Shown: positions 44,136 to 58,470, numbered from the whole stretch's first letter. The stretch: 63,018 bases of DNA, filler included, from Octopus bimaculoides (GCF_001194135.2; 5 parts of 5 records of this genome joined end to end with filler, not necessarily neighbours in it), one strand, 5' to 3'. Notes: generated by a model not told the origin, from the letters alone. Made by a program: numbers and translations.

Positions 44136-45789
44136 AAGGGGTAGAAAGGGAGAGTGAACAGGGGAGTCAGTGAGTAGAAGGGTGAGGAGGGAGACGTATT
44201 CAAACGGCTGGAAGAGAGAGAGAGAGAGAGAGAGAGAGTAGAAGATATAATTTAAAAACCGTAATTCTAATCTTTTATGCATNNNNNNNNNNNNNNNNNN
44301 NNNNNNNNNNNNNNNNNNNNNNNNNNTTAATTAATTAANNNNNNNNNNNNNNNNNNNNNNNNNNNNNNNNNNNNNNNNNNNNGGTTGTGGTCTTGGTGGT
44401 TGTGTTGGTGTTGGTGGTTGATGGTAGTGCTTCTGGTCTTGGTAGTTCTGGTTGTGGTATTAGTAGATGATGATTAATGACGGTGGTGGTGGTGGTGGTG
44501 GTGGTGGTAGTGGTGGTGGTGGTGGTGGTGGTAGTAATCGTGATGGTAGAGGCACTATGGGTAGTAGAGGTAGCGGTGGTGATAGCAGTGGTGATGGTGT
44601 TGGCGGTAAATGATAGTAGTAGTTGTGATAGTATGGTAGTGGTGGTGCTGGTGGCGGCTGTAGACTTCGTTATAGAATTGTTATCATTTCCTACAAACCA
44701 TCAATTACATCCCCCCCTCTCCAATTTTTCAACGTGGCCAATAACAGCCGGATTACAGTTTTATCCCGTTCATCACAGTTACTCTGAGGCTCGATGATGA
44801 TGATGATTGTGATGATGATGATGATGATGATGATGACGATGATGACGATGATGATGATGATGAACATAATGGTTTCGTATTTGACCATCATATTACATGA
44901 ACCTTTGTTAATACGCCTGTGTGTATGCGTGTAAGTGGTATATTTTATATACATATGTGTATGTGTGTATGTGTGTTCCTGTGTGTACAATATAAAAATT
45001 ATATCTTTGGCGTGTAAACTTGAGATTCCTCCACCACAATATAACCTTTATTTAACTAAGGTATCTTCGGCCAGGTAAGTAGCTAGTTGAGTACCCATCG
45101 TTGAGTATTTATTACATAAAACCTTCTGCAATCTAATAAACATATGTAGTCTGGATTTTACCTGCTCCTCTCCTTCACTTTGGACTTTTATTCGCATTCA
45201 TAGCAACTCTCGTTGCTAATCGTGAGCTACAAAAAAATGTTTTTCAGTTTATCGATCTTGGATATGGGAAAAGCTTACAACCTTCAGCGCCAATAAACCA
45301 TTGCTGTTCCTCAATATTAGTTTTTATACCTACCACGGATTGCTCGAATCTTACAACTTTCCTACACTTGGGTCATCAGATTTTATAACTATATATATAC
45401 ATATACTATAGAACAAGAGGGAAACCGAATTTTGGATAATTACTTAGCGCTTTCATCTCGTTCCGAAGGTTTATCAGGAATTATATTTTTATAGAAACTT
45501 TATGCTTTTATATATATGCGAGTTAGTTGAGAAAAATCTGGAGTTGAATTGCTTATTTTGATTCTATATATGTGTGTATATACATGTGTGTGTGTGTGTG
45601 TGTGTATGTGTGTTTATGTATATATTTGTGTATATCCATGCGTGTAAGTGTGTATGTGTGGTAGAAATTTTGAGGCTTAGTGGGAGAAAAAAGGATAAAG
45701 AAAGAAACAGGGAGAAAGAATGACGGGAAAGAAAGAAAGGAAGAAGAAAGAAAAAAGAATGAAAGAAAGAATGGAAAAGAGAAAGGGTA

Positions 45790-46002
45790 TCTTTCCCTGA
45801 GATGGTTCAAATTAGGGGCCCCCAAACATTTTAGACCATCAACTTTTTCATGGAATCCGTGACCCCTCGTCGACCCCTTGGCATGTAAAAGAAAAAGAAT
45901 AAATAAAAATAATAATTATGTAGATATGCATTTATCGACCCCTTGAATAGTTCCATCGACTCCGAAGGGGGTCAATATCGACCCCTTTGGAGACACCTGG
46001 TT
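45790..46002. mobile_element. hAT-like MITE remnant
   Basis: Repeated gacccc subterminal motifs; end ...tttggagacacctg resembles CAGGGGTCTCCAAA-type TIRs. Confidence 0.4.
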
Positions 46003-47465
46003 TAAATTGTATTGTGTTCTTTGGTCAGCTCCTCAGCTGTAGGAAGGGGTCTTCTTCTGGGATGGTTGAAGCTGATAACAATTCAAGATGTCAGGTTTCT
46101 TTTAGTCATTCTTAATTTGTCAGTTGTCATGGTAACCACCGGCAGAAAAGAGACTCTGTCAAAATTGCTTGGAAGTTTATTAAATGTGTGTATATGTGTG
46201 TGTTTGTGCGAATGTGTGCTTGTTGTGTGTTGGTTAATGAGAACATCTTATATACACACACACACACTCATATATATGTATATATATATACATACATACA
46301 TATACATATACATATATATATATATATANNNNNNNNNNNNNNNNNNNNNNNNNNNNNNNNNNNNNNNNNNNNNNNNNNNNNNNNNNNNNNNNNNNNNNNN
46401 NNNNNNNNNNNNNNNNNNNNNNNNNNNNNNNNNNNNNNNNNNNNNNNNNNNNNNNNNNNNNNNNNNNNNNNNNNNNNNNNNNNNNNNNNNNNNNNNNNNN
46501 NNNNNNNNNNNNNNNNNNNNNNNNNNNNNNNNNNNNNNNNNNNNNNNNNNNNNNNNNNNNNNNNNNNNNNNNNNNNNNNNNNNNNNNNNNNNNNNNNNNN
46601 NNNNNNNNNNNNNNNNNNNNNNNNNNNNNNNNNNNNNNNNNNNNNNNNNNNNNNNNNNNNNNNNNNNNNNNNNNNNNNNNNNNNNNNNNNNNNNNNNNNN
46701 NNNNNNNNNNNNNNNNNNNNNNNNNNNNNNNNNNNNNNNNNNNNNNNNNNNNNNNNNNNNNNNNNNNNNNNNNNNNNNNNNNNNNNNNNNNNNNNNNNNN
46801 NNNNNNNNNNNNNNNNNNNNNNNNNNNNNNNNNNNNNNNNNNNNNNNNNNNNNNNNNNNNNNNNNNNNNNNNNNNNNNNNNNNNNNNNNNNNNNNNNNNN
46901 NNNNNNNNNNNNNNNNNNNNNNNNNNNNNNNNNNNNNNNNNNNNNNNNNNNNNNNNNNNNNNNNNNNNNNNNNNNNNNNNNNNNNNNNNNNNNNNNNNNN
47001 NNNNNNNNNNNNNNNNNNNNNNNNNNNNNNNNNNNNNNNNNNNNNNNNNNNNNNNNNNNNNNNNNNNNNNNNNNNNNNNNNNNNNNNNNNNNNNNNNNNN
47101 NNNNNNNNNNNNNNNNNNNNNNNNNNNNNNNNNNNNNNNNNNNNNNNNNNNNNNNNNNNNNNNNNNNNNNNNNNNNNNNNNNNNNNNNNNNNNNNNNNNN
47201 NNNNNNNNNNNNNNNNNNNNNNNNNNNNNNNNNNNNNNNNNNNNNNNNNNNNNNNNNNNNNNNNNNNNAAATATATATATGTATATATATGTGTGTGTAC
47301 ATATACACACACCCGCACACACACATATATGTACATATATATATTACATATATTCCTTTTATTTATCTAGCTATCTATCGAGCTATCCATTGATCTATCT
47401 TTCTATGTGTGTTTGTGTGTGTATCTGTGGGTACGAATCCTTATGTATGTATATGTGTGAGTGTA

Positions 47466-47531
<66 letters not shown>

Positions 47532-47779
47532 CATGTACTTGTTTATACATGCATAGCCACCACTCCACATATATATACTTTTTAGTTCATCTTGTGGGTG
47601 GAGCAATGTACTTGGAAACTAGGCGTGATAAAGTAGCGTACGTTTGTGTCAAAGGAATATCTTTGTGTGTAGTCTAATTAGATAAGTGAGAATGATTATT
47701 TTGTGGGGAATAGAGACGAAAGAGTAGGGTAAGGAGGGGAAAAAGACGAGGAAGAGGAAGAAAAAAAACAAAACAAACC

Positions 47780-48390
47780 TGTTAAAGATGGCGAGGAAGC
47801 GAAAATCAGTGCAAAAGCATTATTTTAGAAAGATGCTGCTATAATCACTGAAATTTTAACAATAAACCGGCATCGCGTGCAGAGATGAAGGAGTTAAAGC
47901 AGTTTTGTAGGAAACGAAATGCTGAGTAATGTTGTTGTGGATCTTTCCTCTGAAAACCGAAAGAAGAATGGAACACAAGTCAGATATTGTGGTCGTTTAT
48001 AAGAGGAAATCAAGTGATGTAATCGATGTGGGTGCACGAGAGTAAAAAGTAAGGAAAAGGTAAGATTAGAACAATATACTGACATAAAGTATGAAATCTT
48101 CGTGTTGGAACAGAGAAGTTATCCAGGTCATGGTACCGCCGATTATTATTGGGAGCTTAAGGAACAGTGACGAAAAGTTCGAGAAGAAACTTTGAAGAAT
48201 TTGATCCTATCCCCGATAGCAGCAGGTACAGTGCCAGAAATATATCTGCTTGTGGAAAGATTCCTCCAGAACGACCTTAAATCAAAAGAAGAACAAATAT
48301 TAAGAGCAGCAAAACGGCTTCTCATAGTAGACCAAAAGTTTTTATAATTAAAGCAGGCGCAACACGAATTCCGTAAAATCACATAACAAC
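47780..48390 (+). mobile_element. Highly decayed R4/Dong-type endonuclease-region fragment
   Basis: Frameshifted remnants of QKHY..R, DIVVVYK, LEQYTDIKYEI, IIIGSL. Confidence 0.55.
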
Positions 48391-48539
48391 AACCACAACA
48401 ACAACAACACCATAACTATAATAAAGACGGACTCTCACGCCGAAGACGTGAGAGTCTTCTATTTCCATGTCTGTTAACCACCCTTTTGCTCTTATTGAAC
48501 GCTCTGGGACCAACTTGTAGTGCATAATAATAAAGCGGA

Positions 48540-50230
48540 GTAGCTGCATGAAATCCAAAATAGGTTAAGAAATATAGAAGTCCAAATATAGAAGACATAA
48601 AGATAACTACAGAAATGATAAAAAAGCAGTTGAGAAAATTCCCAAATTGGAAGAGCCCAGGACTGGATGGGGTCCAAGGTTGTTGGAGGAAGAAGCTGAG
48701 AAGGCTGGATGAAAGGATTGCACTGCAGCTAAATGAGTGCCTGCAGGAAGGCGCAGTGCCCAGCTGGATGACAAAGGGAAAAACATTGTTATGTGCCATG
48801 GGTCCCGAAAAGGGAAATGCTGCGTCCAACTTTAAACCAGTAATATATCTTCTGCTAATGTGGAAACTAATGTCAGCTGCTTTGGCCGGTGAACTGTACA
48901 GATACTTGGAAAGAGGTGGGCTGCTACCCACTGAGCAGAAAGGATGCCAAAAAGGGAATCGGGGAACGAAGGATCAGCCCTTAACTGATAATCTAGTTAT
49001 CAGGAACTTCAAGGGAAGACACACAAACCTGAGCATGGAATGGGTTGACTATCGCAAAGCAGACGATATGATACTACACTCATGGGTAATAAGAACAATG
49101 GAAATGTATGGAGTAGCAGAAAATATGAGAAGCCTTATACGGAATAGCATGAAATGCTGGAGAACGGAATTGACAGCAGGGAAACAAGCACTATGAGAGG
49201 TGAAAATCAAGAGAGGAATCTTCCGGGGACATAGTATGTCCCCACTGATATTCGTGCTGGGAATGATCCCCTTGAGTGAAATACTACAGAAAACAAAGTT
49301 GGGGTATGATCTGGGATTAGGTAATGGAAAATGGGACCACTTACTATTCATGGACGACCTGAAGCTATTCACAAAATGTAAGTCAGAACTGGACAGCTTA
49401 GTATAGTCTGTGTGGATTTTCTCTGATGATATTAAGATGGAGTTTGGACTCTCAAAATGTGCTGCGATGGTGATGAGACGAGGAAAGCTTGCCGAGACAA
49501 AAAGCACATGGTTGTCAAGTGATGAAATGATGACGGCAATTCAACCTCAATCCAGCGATAAATACCCGGGAAGATGGAATCAAACACCATGGCATGAAGG
49601 AAAGGACAAAAAGAGAGTACCTACGGCGAATGCAAAAGATGTTGGCTTCAAAGCTGAATGCCGGAAACATAATTTCGGCAATAAACTCGTGCGCATTCGC
49701 AGTAGTTTGGTATGGCGCTGGATTCCTGAAGTGGACAGAAGAGGAACTCAAGGAGATGGACAGGAAGCCAAGAAAGCTCCCAATGATACATGGAGCAGAC
49801 ACTGAACTCCTGTACACGAAGAGAGCAACTGGAGGAAGAGGACTGATAAATGTGGATGACTGCATGTGTATCGAACTCGAGAGTTTAATGAAATACCTAG
49901 CCCAAAGTAAGGAAACTTTGCTTGTGACAGTTAGGAACGAGGGAGTATTGAGAGCAGAGGAAAAAAAGGGAAAACAAAGGAAGAAATACAAAAGAGACAT
50001 GAAGAAGAATTACGAAAGAAGGGACTACATGGTCAATTCCATGTAGACATAACAGAAGTTGCTGGAAAAAATAGGTGGGATTGGCTGATGAAAGGAACCC
50101 TAAAAAACAGACCGAGAGCACTATACTGGCAGCGCAGGACCAGGCTTTGGTCACGAACTGGAGGGTCAACCTGAGGAATGAGCAAGTGTCAACAAAAGAC
50201 AAAAACGAGACAGCCTGCCTTCTTTCCTGT
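48540..50230 (+). mobile_element. Second R4/Dong-type element, RT region, inactivated
   Basis: SPGLDGVQGCW; PSWMTKGKTLL; EQKGC; GIFRG; FMDDLKLF; GGRGLI; AQDQAL. Confidence 0.92.
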
Positions 50231-51565
50231 GTTACCCATGAAAGGTTATCAACTTCAACTGTTTTGGTGATAACAACCTGACCTCATGGCCACTCAGCAT
50301 ACAAAATCTAACAAGGAGAACATTACTGAAATAAGAGGACATGGTGAATAATAGAGATAACGATGACAATAATGCCATAACGAGGATTATGGCGGTGGTG
50401 GTGGTGGTTCTGGTGTAAGAGGACAGATTAGTGTAGTTTGTGATATACTGGTAGTAGAAATGGGTGAGTGTTGAATAAAGATTTCCATGGACAAAATCAA
50501 AATAAATGAGAAAGAAATTATGGAAGAGAGACAAAAAGAGGAGAGAGGAGAGAGGAGAGGCAGATGGAAAGGATTCTGTAGAAAAATGGTGATATTTTCC
50601 ACTGAACAATTACTGTGAACAATTGTACTTTAACGAACAGCAAAGATAAAACGCTGATATTATAATATTGTTGAATTATAGGTGTTTCTTATATAATTAG
50701 TTCATGGTAGAATACTTCATGAAAGAGAAGTTGTGACAATCATATCTTTTGTAATGTATTCAATGTGTGAATGAAGGTCGAACTATCGTCGTAGGGGTTT
50801 AGTTGAGATTTCATCGACATTGACTCAGCAACGTTTGAGTAACATAGTTCTCTCCTGACCCCTACATAAAGCCTTAGTCGTAATACAAACGGTGAGAGTC
50901 ATACCTTCCTCAAAAACACTAACGACTTACGACAAGTGATAAAGTGTCATCACCCAATCATTGCAGATTTGATTCAGCTAGAATTTACTTCTGCTTGTCT
51001 ACCCTCAGTATGTATTATAATAAATTAGCCGTACAAACGACACCTATCGAGGTAGAAACACGTATCACGGCTGTCCTCTTCATCTTTAGACAATAAACCC
51101 GCTCTTTTCCTTAACGGCAAATCAGCTTTGGAGAAAGTTGATTCTTGAGACTCTCTGCCCTTGTCATATGCAGCTATTCTTAATTGTCGTTTGGTAATTA
51201 TGAGAGGTGGAGATAATTTAAATAAATGAAAAATGTTAATTGTATGGTATTTGATACAATATATTTGTTCTATACTGTTCAAATACCTGCCACTGGTCAC
51301 TCTGAGCTATTGAATATTGCAATACTCACACAATCATGGGATGTTCATAGAAGACGATAAATGTAATTCTATGGCGCTCTAAAAGTACAATTGGCAACAG
51401 GAAACTGAAATAGCTTTAGTCATGACGTAGCTCTCGCTATAGTAACCACTTAACAATTAGCATATTATAGTTTTGCGTTAATGAGAAGCGAATTAAAAGC
51501 GTCTGTTTATTAAGGAATGTCTTTGGTATTTGATCCGATGTCCAACGGCATCGGACTCCTCTGCG

Positions 51566-51629
<64 letters not shown>

Positions 51630-52112
51630 NNNNNNNNNNNNNNNNNNNNNNNNNNNNNNNNNNNNNNNNNNNNNNNNNNNNNNNNNNNNNNNNNNNNNNN
51701 NNNNNNNNNNNNNNNNNNNNNNNNNNNNNNNNNNNNNNNNNNNNNNNNNNNNNNNNNNNNNNNNNNNNNNNNNNNNNNNNNNNNNNNNNNNNNNNNNNNN
51801 NNNNNNNNNNNNNNNNNNNNNNNNNNNNNNNNNNNNNNNNNNNNNNNNNNNNNNNNNNNNNNNNNNNNNNNNNNNNNNNNNNNNNNNNNNNNNNNNNNNN
51901 CGACACACACACACACACACATTCACACACACACACATTCACACACACACACATTCACACACACACACATTCACACACACACACATTCACACACATACAC
52001 TCACACGCACACACACATTTATATATATAAAGTTAAATACTGCTATAAATGTAATATCATAAGCTGCTATTATGAACATATGAACATGACTAATACTGCT
52101 GCTACTAACACA

Positions 52113-52170
<58 letters not shown>

Positions 52171-52310
52171 CATGTGTGTAATCGTGTGTGAGAAAAATAT
52201 TTGTATATTCCCGTGTGTGTTGTGTATGCACGTATATTTACTCAACTGTATGTATATATCCCTATATATATGCATACATCATTAACCCTACAAATAAAAT
52301 ACCTGTATTT

Positions 52311-52605
52311 GAGGTTATGAGTTCGATTCCCGGACCAGGCTGCGTGTTATGTTCTTGGACAAGACTCTTTTTTTAACGTTGCTCTTGTTAACTCAGCTGT
52401 AGAAATGAGTTGCGACATCACTGGTGCCAAACTGTATCGGCCCCTTTGCTTTTCCCTTGGATAACATCGGTGGTGTGGAGAGGGGAGGGTGGTGTGCATG
52501 GGCGACTGCTGGCCTTCCATAAGCAATTTGCCAGGTCTTGTGTCTCGGAAGGTAACTTTCTAGGTGCAATCCCATGGTCAGTCATGACCGAAGGGGGTCT
52601 CCTCT
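52311..52605 (+). mobile_element. SINE family C-related copy
   Basis: gagttcgattcccggacc...gttcttggacaagactc...actcagctgtagaaatgag. Confidence 0.7.
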
Positions 52606-52830
52606 CCTATATATGTATGTATGTATGTATGTATGTAGGTGCAGGAGTGGCTGTGTGGTAAGTAGTTTGCTTACCAACGACATAGTTTCGGGTTCAGTCC
52701 CACTGCGTGGTACTTGGGCAAGTGTCTTTTNNNNNNNNNNNNNNNNNNNNNNNNNNNNNNNNNNNNNNNNNNNNTTAATTAATTAANNNNNNNNNNNNNN
52801 NNNNNNNNNNNNNNNNNNNNNNNNNNNNNN

Positions 52831-52989
52831 TATGTATATGTATATATATATGTATATATATATTTATATATATATGTATAAGTATATATGTATATATATC
52901 TATGTATATATATATATGTGTGTGTATGTATATATATCTATGCATATGTATATATGGATATATATATGTATATGCATGTGTATATATGT

Positions 52990-53021
<32 letters not shown>

Positions 53022-53037
53022 GCATGTGTATATATGT

Positions 53038-53069
<32 letters not shown>

Positions 53070-53285
53070 GCATGTGTATATATGTATATGTGTATATATA
53101 NNNNNNNNNNNNNNNNNNNNNNNNNNNNNNNNNNNNNNNNNNNNNNNNNNNNNNNNNNNNNNNNNNNNNNNNNNNNNNNNNNNNNNNNNNNNNNNNNNNN
53201 NNNNNNNNNNNNNNNNNNNNNNNNNNNNNNNNNNNNNNNNNNNNNNNNNNNNNNNNNNNNNNNNNNNNNNNNNNNNNNNNNNNNN

Positions 53286-53316
<31 letters not shown>

Positions 53317-53320
53317 ATAT
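52831..53320. repeat. Complex (TA)/(TG) microsatellite with gaps
   Basis: Direct inspection. Confidence 0.95.
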
Positions 53321-53717
53321 ATATGTATACAGTCTGTTAAAGTCTGTCATACCGGCCATGATGAAATACTACAAAGTATAGAAAATATGAAATACCACAA
53401 GGTATAGAAAATATTCGCCTTTATATATTTATATATTTAATCCTTTATATTGAACACTCAATATTTCATCTATTCAATAAGACATATTCCATATATTCAA
53501 TAAGACATTCAATACTTTATTTCATAGTACCATCCATTTTTATTTTATATTATATATTGTATATTCCATATTCTATATCCCACATTGGTTTTGCAGGAAT
53601 ATAAATAAAACATAAAAAACAGACAGTGTTGGAACTCTTTTAAATAAAATAATATGTATATATATATATATGCGTATGTATATATATATATATATGTATA
53701 TGTGTAAATATGTGTAT

Positions 53718-53755
<38 letters not shown>

Positions 53756-53911
53756 GTATATATGTATATTTATATATATGTATATATGTATATATATATG
53801 TATATATATACCAGAGTAAGCACACAAATGTGTAACAAGGTGGAAAAAAGAGTACTCAAATACCAGAGGTAGATTAATATGCTTTATTTAAAAGCAGCAG
53901 AAATATAACAA

Positions 53912-53958
53912 AAAACTGTTACTCGGAGTTTCACGTTTCTCGTTCATCGGACAGTTTT
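53912..53958 (-). ncRNA. Minimal type I hammerhead ribozyme with U4C core variant
   Basis: Minus strand AAAACUGU CCGAUGA ACG-AGAAA-CGU GAA ACUC-C-GAGU A ACAGUUUU: perfect 8-bp stem I. Confidence 0.7.
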
Positions 53959-54776
53959 GTCAGAAACGGGAAAGAAATGACGATGCAATCAAAACTAATA
54001 TAAAATTTAAAACACATGGATCTGTTTCATTGGTCGTTTCAAATAACGGTCTTGTGTGTGCAATGAACAAAACAAATGAATTCAATATAGATTCATCCTA
54101 TTTTAAAAAATCGAAGAAAACATTAAATTGAAAAATGGGTTCAAAATACATATTGTAAATAATTATATTCGAATTTATACATCAAAATTAAATCGAATTT
54201 ACGGTGCATTAAAAATAAAAATAAAATTACAACAGTATAACGCATACTAGACTATCTACGACATACATATATACATCAAAATACACAGATGCATACGTAC
54301 AGACAATATACGTATATAGGTATATATTTGCAAGACATGCACGAATACGCATGTATACACATACACATATGCATGCAATCAAGCTCACGCACGGAAACTA
54401 TTCAGCGTTGGTAACAGTAAGTGTATCTTAACCTTATGGAGTGGAGGAGGGAGAGTAACTTATCGATAAGGACGTTACTAATGTAGAAAGAGAGAAAGTA
54501 TCGTTATCGTGAGGAAGGAAAGGAAGAAAGGAGGGAAAGAAGGAAAGATAGCAAGAAGGAAGTGTAGCGTATATAACAAACGTACACAAAATTGGATTGC
54601 GTATATATGTGTATACAAAAATGTATATTAGTATCATGTATACAGAAATATAGGGATATGTACGCAAATACACACGAACATAACTGTATACGTGTGTATG
54701 CACACATTCAAGTATGTATGTGTGTTAACCTGAGCGCACATTCTCATATATAACATAGATGCACACACACGAATAA

Positions 54777-54862
54777 AGGGAAAGCATGGGAATCATCTTA
54801 AACGTAAGACATTATGACCGGTCATAATGTCTTACGTTTAAGATAATTCCCATGCTTTCCCT
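54777..54862. repeat. 86-bp near-perfect palindrome centred on accggt
   Basis: agggaaagcatgggaat...accggt...attcccatgctttccct, one mismatch. Confidence 0.92.
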
Positions 54863-54949
54863 GATGAGAAGGTTACAATTTTAATATCAAAGATCCCTAT
54901 TGATCACACAGGTTGTAATCCTTTGAAACATATGTAGGAATAAAGTATG
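54851..54949 (+). ncRNA. Type I hammerhead ribozyme, Penelope-type
   Basis: CUGAUGA 54861-54867; stem II G-AAGGUUACAA/UUGUAA-U-CCUU-U; GAAA 54925-54928; palindromic stem III ACAUAUGU; GUA site at 54934-54936; stem I UUCC/GGAA plus CAUGCU/AGUAUG. Confidence 0.75.
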
Positions 54950-57389
54950 CAATTATAACATGCGTTTTCTCCAATCCTTAAATTCTTAAATATACTCAAA
55001 TACCCAATATACTCAAATACCCAAAATTTCAAGGAGTTCCTGCCTTAAAAACAGGAACTAAACCACAGTTATTTTGTGTTCTTTGCTACATTGGTTTCTN
55101 NNNNNNNNNNNNNNNNNNNNNNNNNNNNNNNNNNNNNNNNNNNNNNNNNNNNNNNNNNNNNNNNNNNNNNNNNNNNNNNNNNNNNNNNNNNNNNNNNNNN
55201 NNNNNNNNNNNNNNNNNNNNNNNNNNNNNNNNNNNNNNNNNNNNNNNNNNNNNNNNNNNNNNNNNNNNNNNNNNNNNNNNNNNNNNNNNNNNNNNNNNNN
55301 NNNNNNNNNNNNNNNNNNNNNNNNNNNNNNNNNNNNNNNNNNNNNNNNNNNNNNNNNNNNNNNNNNNNNNNNNNNNNNNNNNNNNNNNNNNNNNNNNNNN
55401 NNNNNNNNNNNNNNNNNNNNNNNNNNNNNNNNNNNNNNNNNNNNNNNNNNNNNNNNNNNNNNNNNNNNNNNNNNNNNNNNNNNNNNNNNNNNNNNNNNNN
55501 NNNNNNNNNNNNNNNNNNNNNNNNNNNNNNNNNNNNNNNNNNNNNNNNNNNNNNNNNNNNNNNNNNNNNNNNNNNNNNNNNNNNNNNNNNNNNNNNNNNN
55601 NNNNNNNNNNNNNNNNNNNNNNNNNNNNNNNNNNNNNNNNNNNNNNNNNNNNNNNNNNNNNNNNNNNNNNNNNNNNNNNNNNNNNNNNNNNNNNNNNNNN
55701 NNNNNNNNNNNNNNNNNNNNNNNNNNNNNNNNNNNNNNNNNNNNNNNNNNNNNNNNNNNNNNNNNNNNNNNNNNNNNNNNNNNNNNNNNNNNNNNNNNNN
55801 NNNNNNNNNNNNNNNNNNNNNNNNNNNNNNNNNNNNNNNNNNNNNNNNNNNNNNNNNNNNNNNNNNNNNNNNCCTCCACTTCTGCCTACCCAATACCTCC
55901 ACCTCTACCCCCACCCTCATTCTAACCCACACTCCACCAATGCTTTCCCCACTCTCGCCTCCCCCACCTCCCAACACCCTCACATCACACCACGCTACAC
56001 CATACCACACAACACATCACATCACAACACACCACTACGCACACACCAGCACTGACAATTTCCATCCCCACATTTTCACACTTCACACCTACATACACAC
56101 ATGCATACGTTAAGATCACCAGCATTCTCTCACGCACACGCATCTTCGTTTGGGGACCACTACTTCTTTGTTATCTCCCCTTCTTCTTAACTCTCCTGTG
56201 TGATCCTTCTGTCCGGCATTCACCATGATAGATCGCTGACCACTACACTTATATTTTTTTCATTCCTTGTTTCTTTCTGTGTTCCTTTCTGTTGAAGAGC
56301 GTAGGCTCAAAACGTTAAAGACTTTCTTTATTCCCGAGCGTTATACTAATATATCCATTTGTTGTTTACACCACTTGTTTTCTGTCTTCGTCTGTTGTTT
56401 TTTCGTGAATTCTCCTATATATNNNNNNNNNNNNNNNNNNNNNNNNNNNNNNNNNNNNNNNNNNNNTTAATTAATTAANNNNNNNNNNNNNNNNNNNNNN
56501 NNNNNNNNNNNNNNNNNNNNNNTATATATTATCACAAACAAACATTCCTTCTGTTGTGATTTCCTAACTCACACTACAATAACAATTCCAGAACTATATA
56601 CGCTCACCCGCTCTCTCTCCTCACACATTCACACAGAGGCTCATCTTTTGCTACACCCTCCCGTCCGTCCTCTCCACACCTAACTTCACAACGCCACCTC
56701 GTGTCTTACCGCACACAACCATACGCGTTTAACAATCACCTCACACCCATCCTCACTGCAAGCACATCTATTTATAATATACAGTGTTTGCGTATTTACA
56801 ATTGATGGTGGCTTCGGGGTGGGGGGGAGGTCTCTTCGCTTCTCCGTTTGAGGCTAGGCTCCATATATCCATCATGTGTAGTTTTGTACCGCACCTCTCT
56901 GTTGACAATTTACATTAGTTCTCAAATGACATTGTTAATATAGATGTGGCTGTTATTGTTGCTGTTGTTGTTGTTGTTATCGATTCCACGTGATTTACAT
57001 AACTTTGTCCTGTATATATGAGTTTTATTTATGATGTATTTAGTACAATTTTTTTTTCTTTTCTTGTTGTTGTTTAGTTGTTTCAATATGTGCACGGATA
57101 TATAAATATATATACATATTTACTCACATCTATTTATTATAAACACACACACACATATACACTTATTAAATATAACAATGTTATATATATTATTATATAA
57201 GATATAATGCGTGTGTATGTGGACATGTGTGTTCGTGCGATGTGTGTGGAAATCTAAATGTGTAAGGACGTATGTATGTCCGCGTTTAAGTGCGTGATTA
57301 TATTCAGATTATTCGTGATGTTCTTAAAATCTCTGATGTAATGTGTGTGGTTTGCGCGGGTGCGCGTATGTCCGTATGAATGTACGTAA

Positions 57390-57423
<34 letters not shown>

Positions 57424-57562
57424 CTACGTGTGCGTGTTTGTATATGTGTGTGTCCGTGTATGTATATCATATACGTACATTATATGTACATATTTTAGAT
57501 ATAGTATATGATTCATATGCATATAGTATTTACAATAAGCATCCATAAATATGTATGTATGT

Positions 57563-57598
<36 letters not shown>

Positions 57599-57740
57599 TA
57601 TATATGTATATATATATATAATACAAAGAATATATATACATGTATACACACATATATGTACATACTTACATCTACATGTGTATATATATGCATATCAGGG
57701 TACAGGACGTTAGAACAATAAACTACAGACAACGGAACGA

Positions 57741-57773
<33 letters not shown>

Positions 57774-58189
57774 NNNNNNNNNNNNNNNNNNNNNNNNNNN
57801 NNNNNNNNNNNNNNNNNNNNNNNNNNNNNNNNNNNNNNNNNNNNNNNNNNNNNNNNNNNNNNNNNNNNNNNNNNNNNNNNNNNNNNNNNNNNNNNNNNNN
57901 NNNNNNNNNNNNNNNNNNNNNNNNNNNNNNNNNNNNNNNNNNNNNNNNNNNNNNNNNNNNNNNNNNNNNNNNNNNNNNNNNNNNNNNNNNNNNNNNNNNN
58001 NNNNNNNNNNNNNNNNNNNNNNNNNNNNNNNNNNNNNNNNNNNNNNNNNNNNNNNNNNNNNNNNNNNNNNNNNNNNNNNNNNNNNNNNNNNNNNNNNNNN
58101 NNNNNNNNNNNNNNNNNNNNNNNNNNNNNNNNNNNNNNNNNNNNNNNNNNNNNNNNNNNNNNNNNNNNNNNNNNNNNGTAGGTCTATGT

Positions 58190-58305
58190 GTTTATGTGTA
58201 TGTACATATATACATATGTATATACATATATAGATATATACATATATATATACATATATATATATATACATATATATACATATATACATATATATACATA
58301 TATAC

Positions 58306-58336
<31 letters not shown>

Positions 58337-58338
58337 TG

Positions 58339-58372
<34 letters not shown>

Positions 58373-58424
58373 TGTATGTATGTATGAAAATGTGTTTGAG
58401 TGTGTGTGTGTATATATACATAGG

Positions 58425-58456
<32 letters not shown>

Positions 58457-58470
58457 CATACGTACATATA
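58190..58470. repeat. (TA)/(TATG)/(CATA) microsatellite
   Basis: Direct inspection. Confidence 0.95.

Noticed and set aside
51025-51300. Minus-strand ORF with faint cadherin-like LRIAAYDKG
   Set aside because: No other cadherin motifs (DxND, LDRE/LDYE) and no convincing splice sites.
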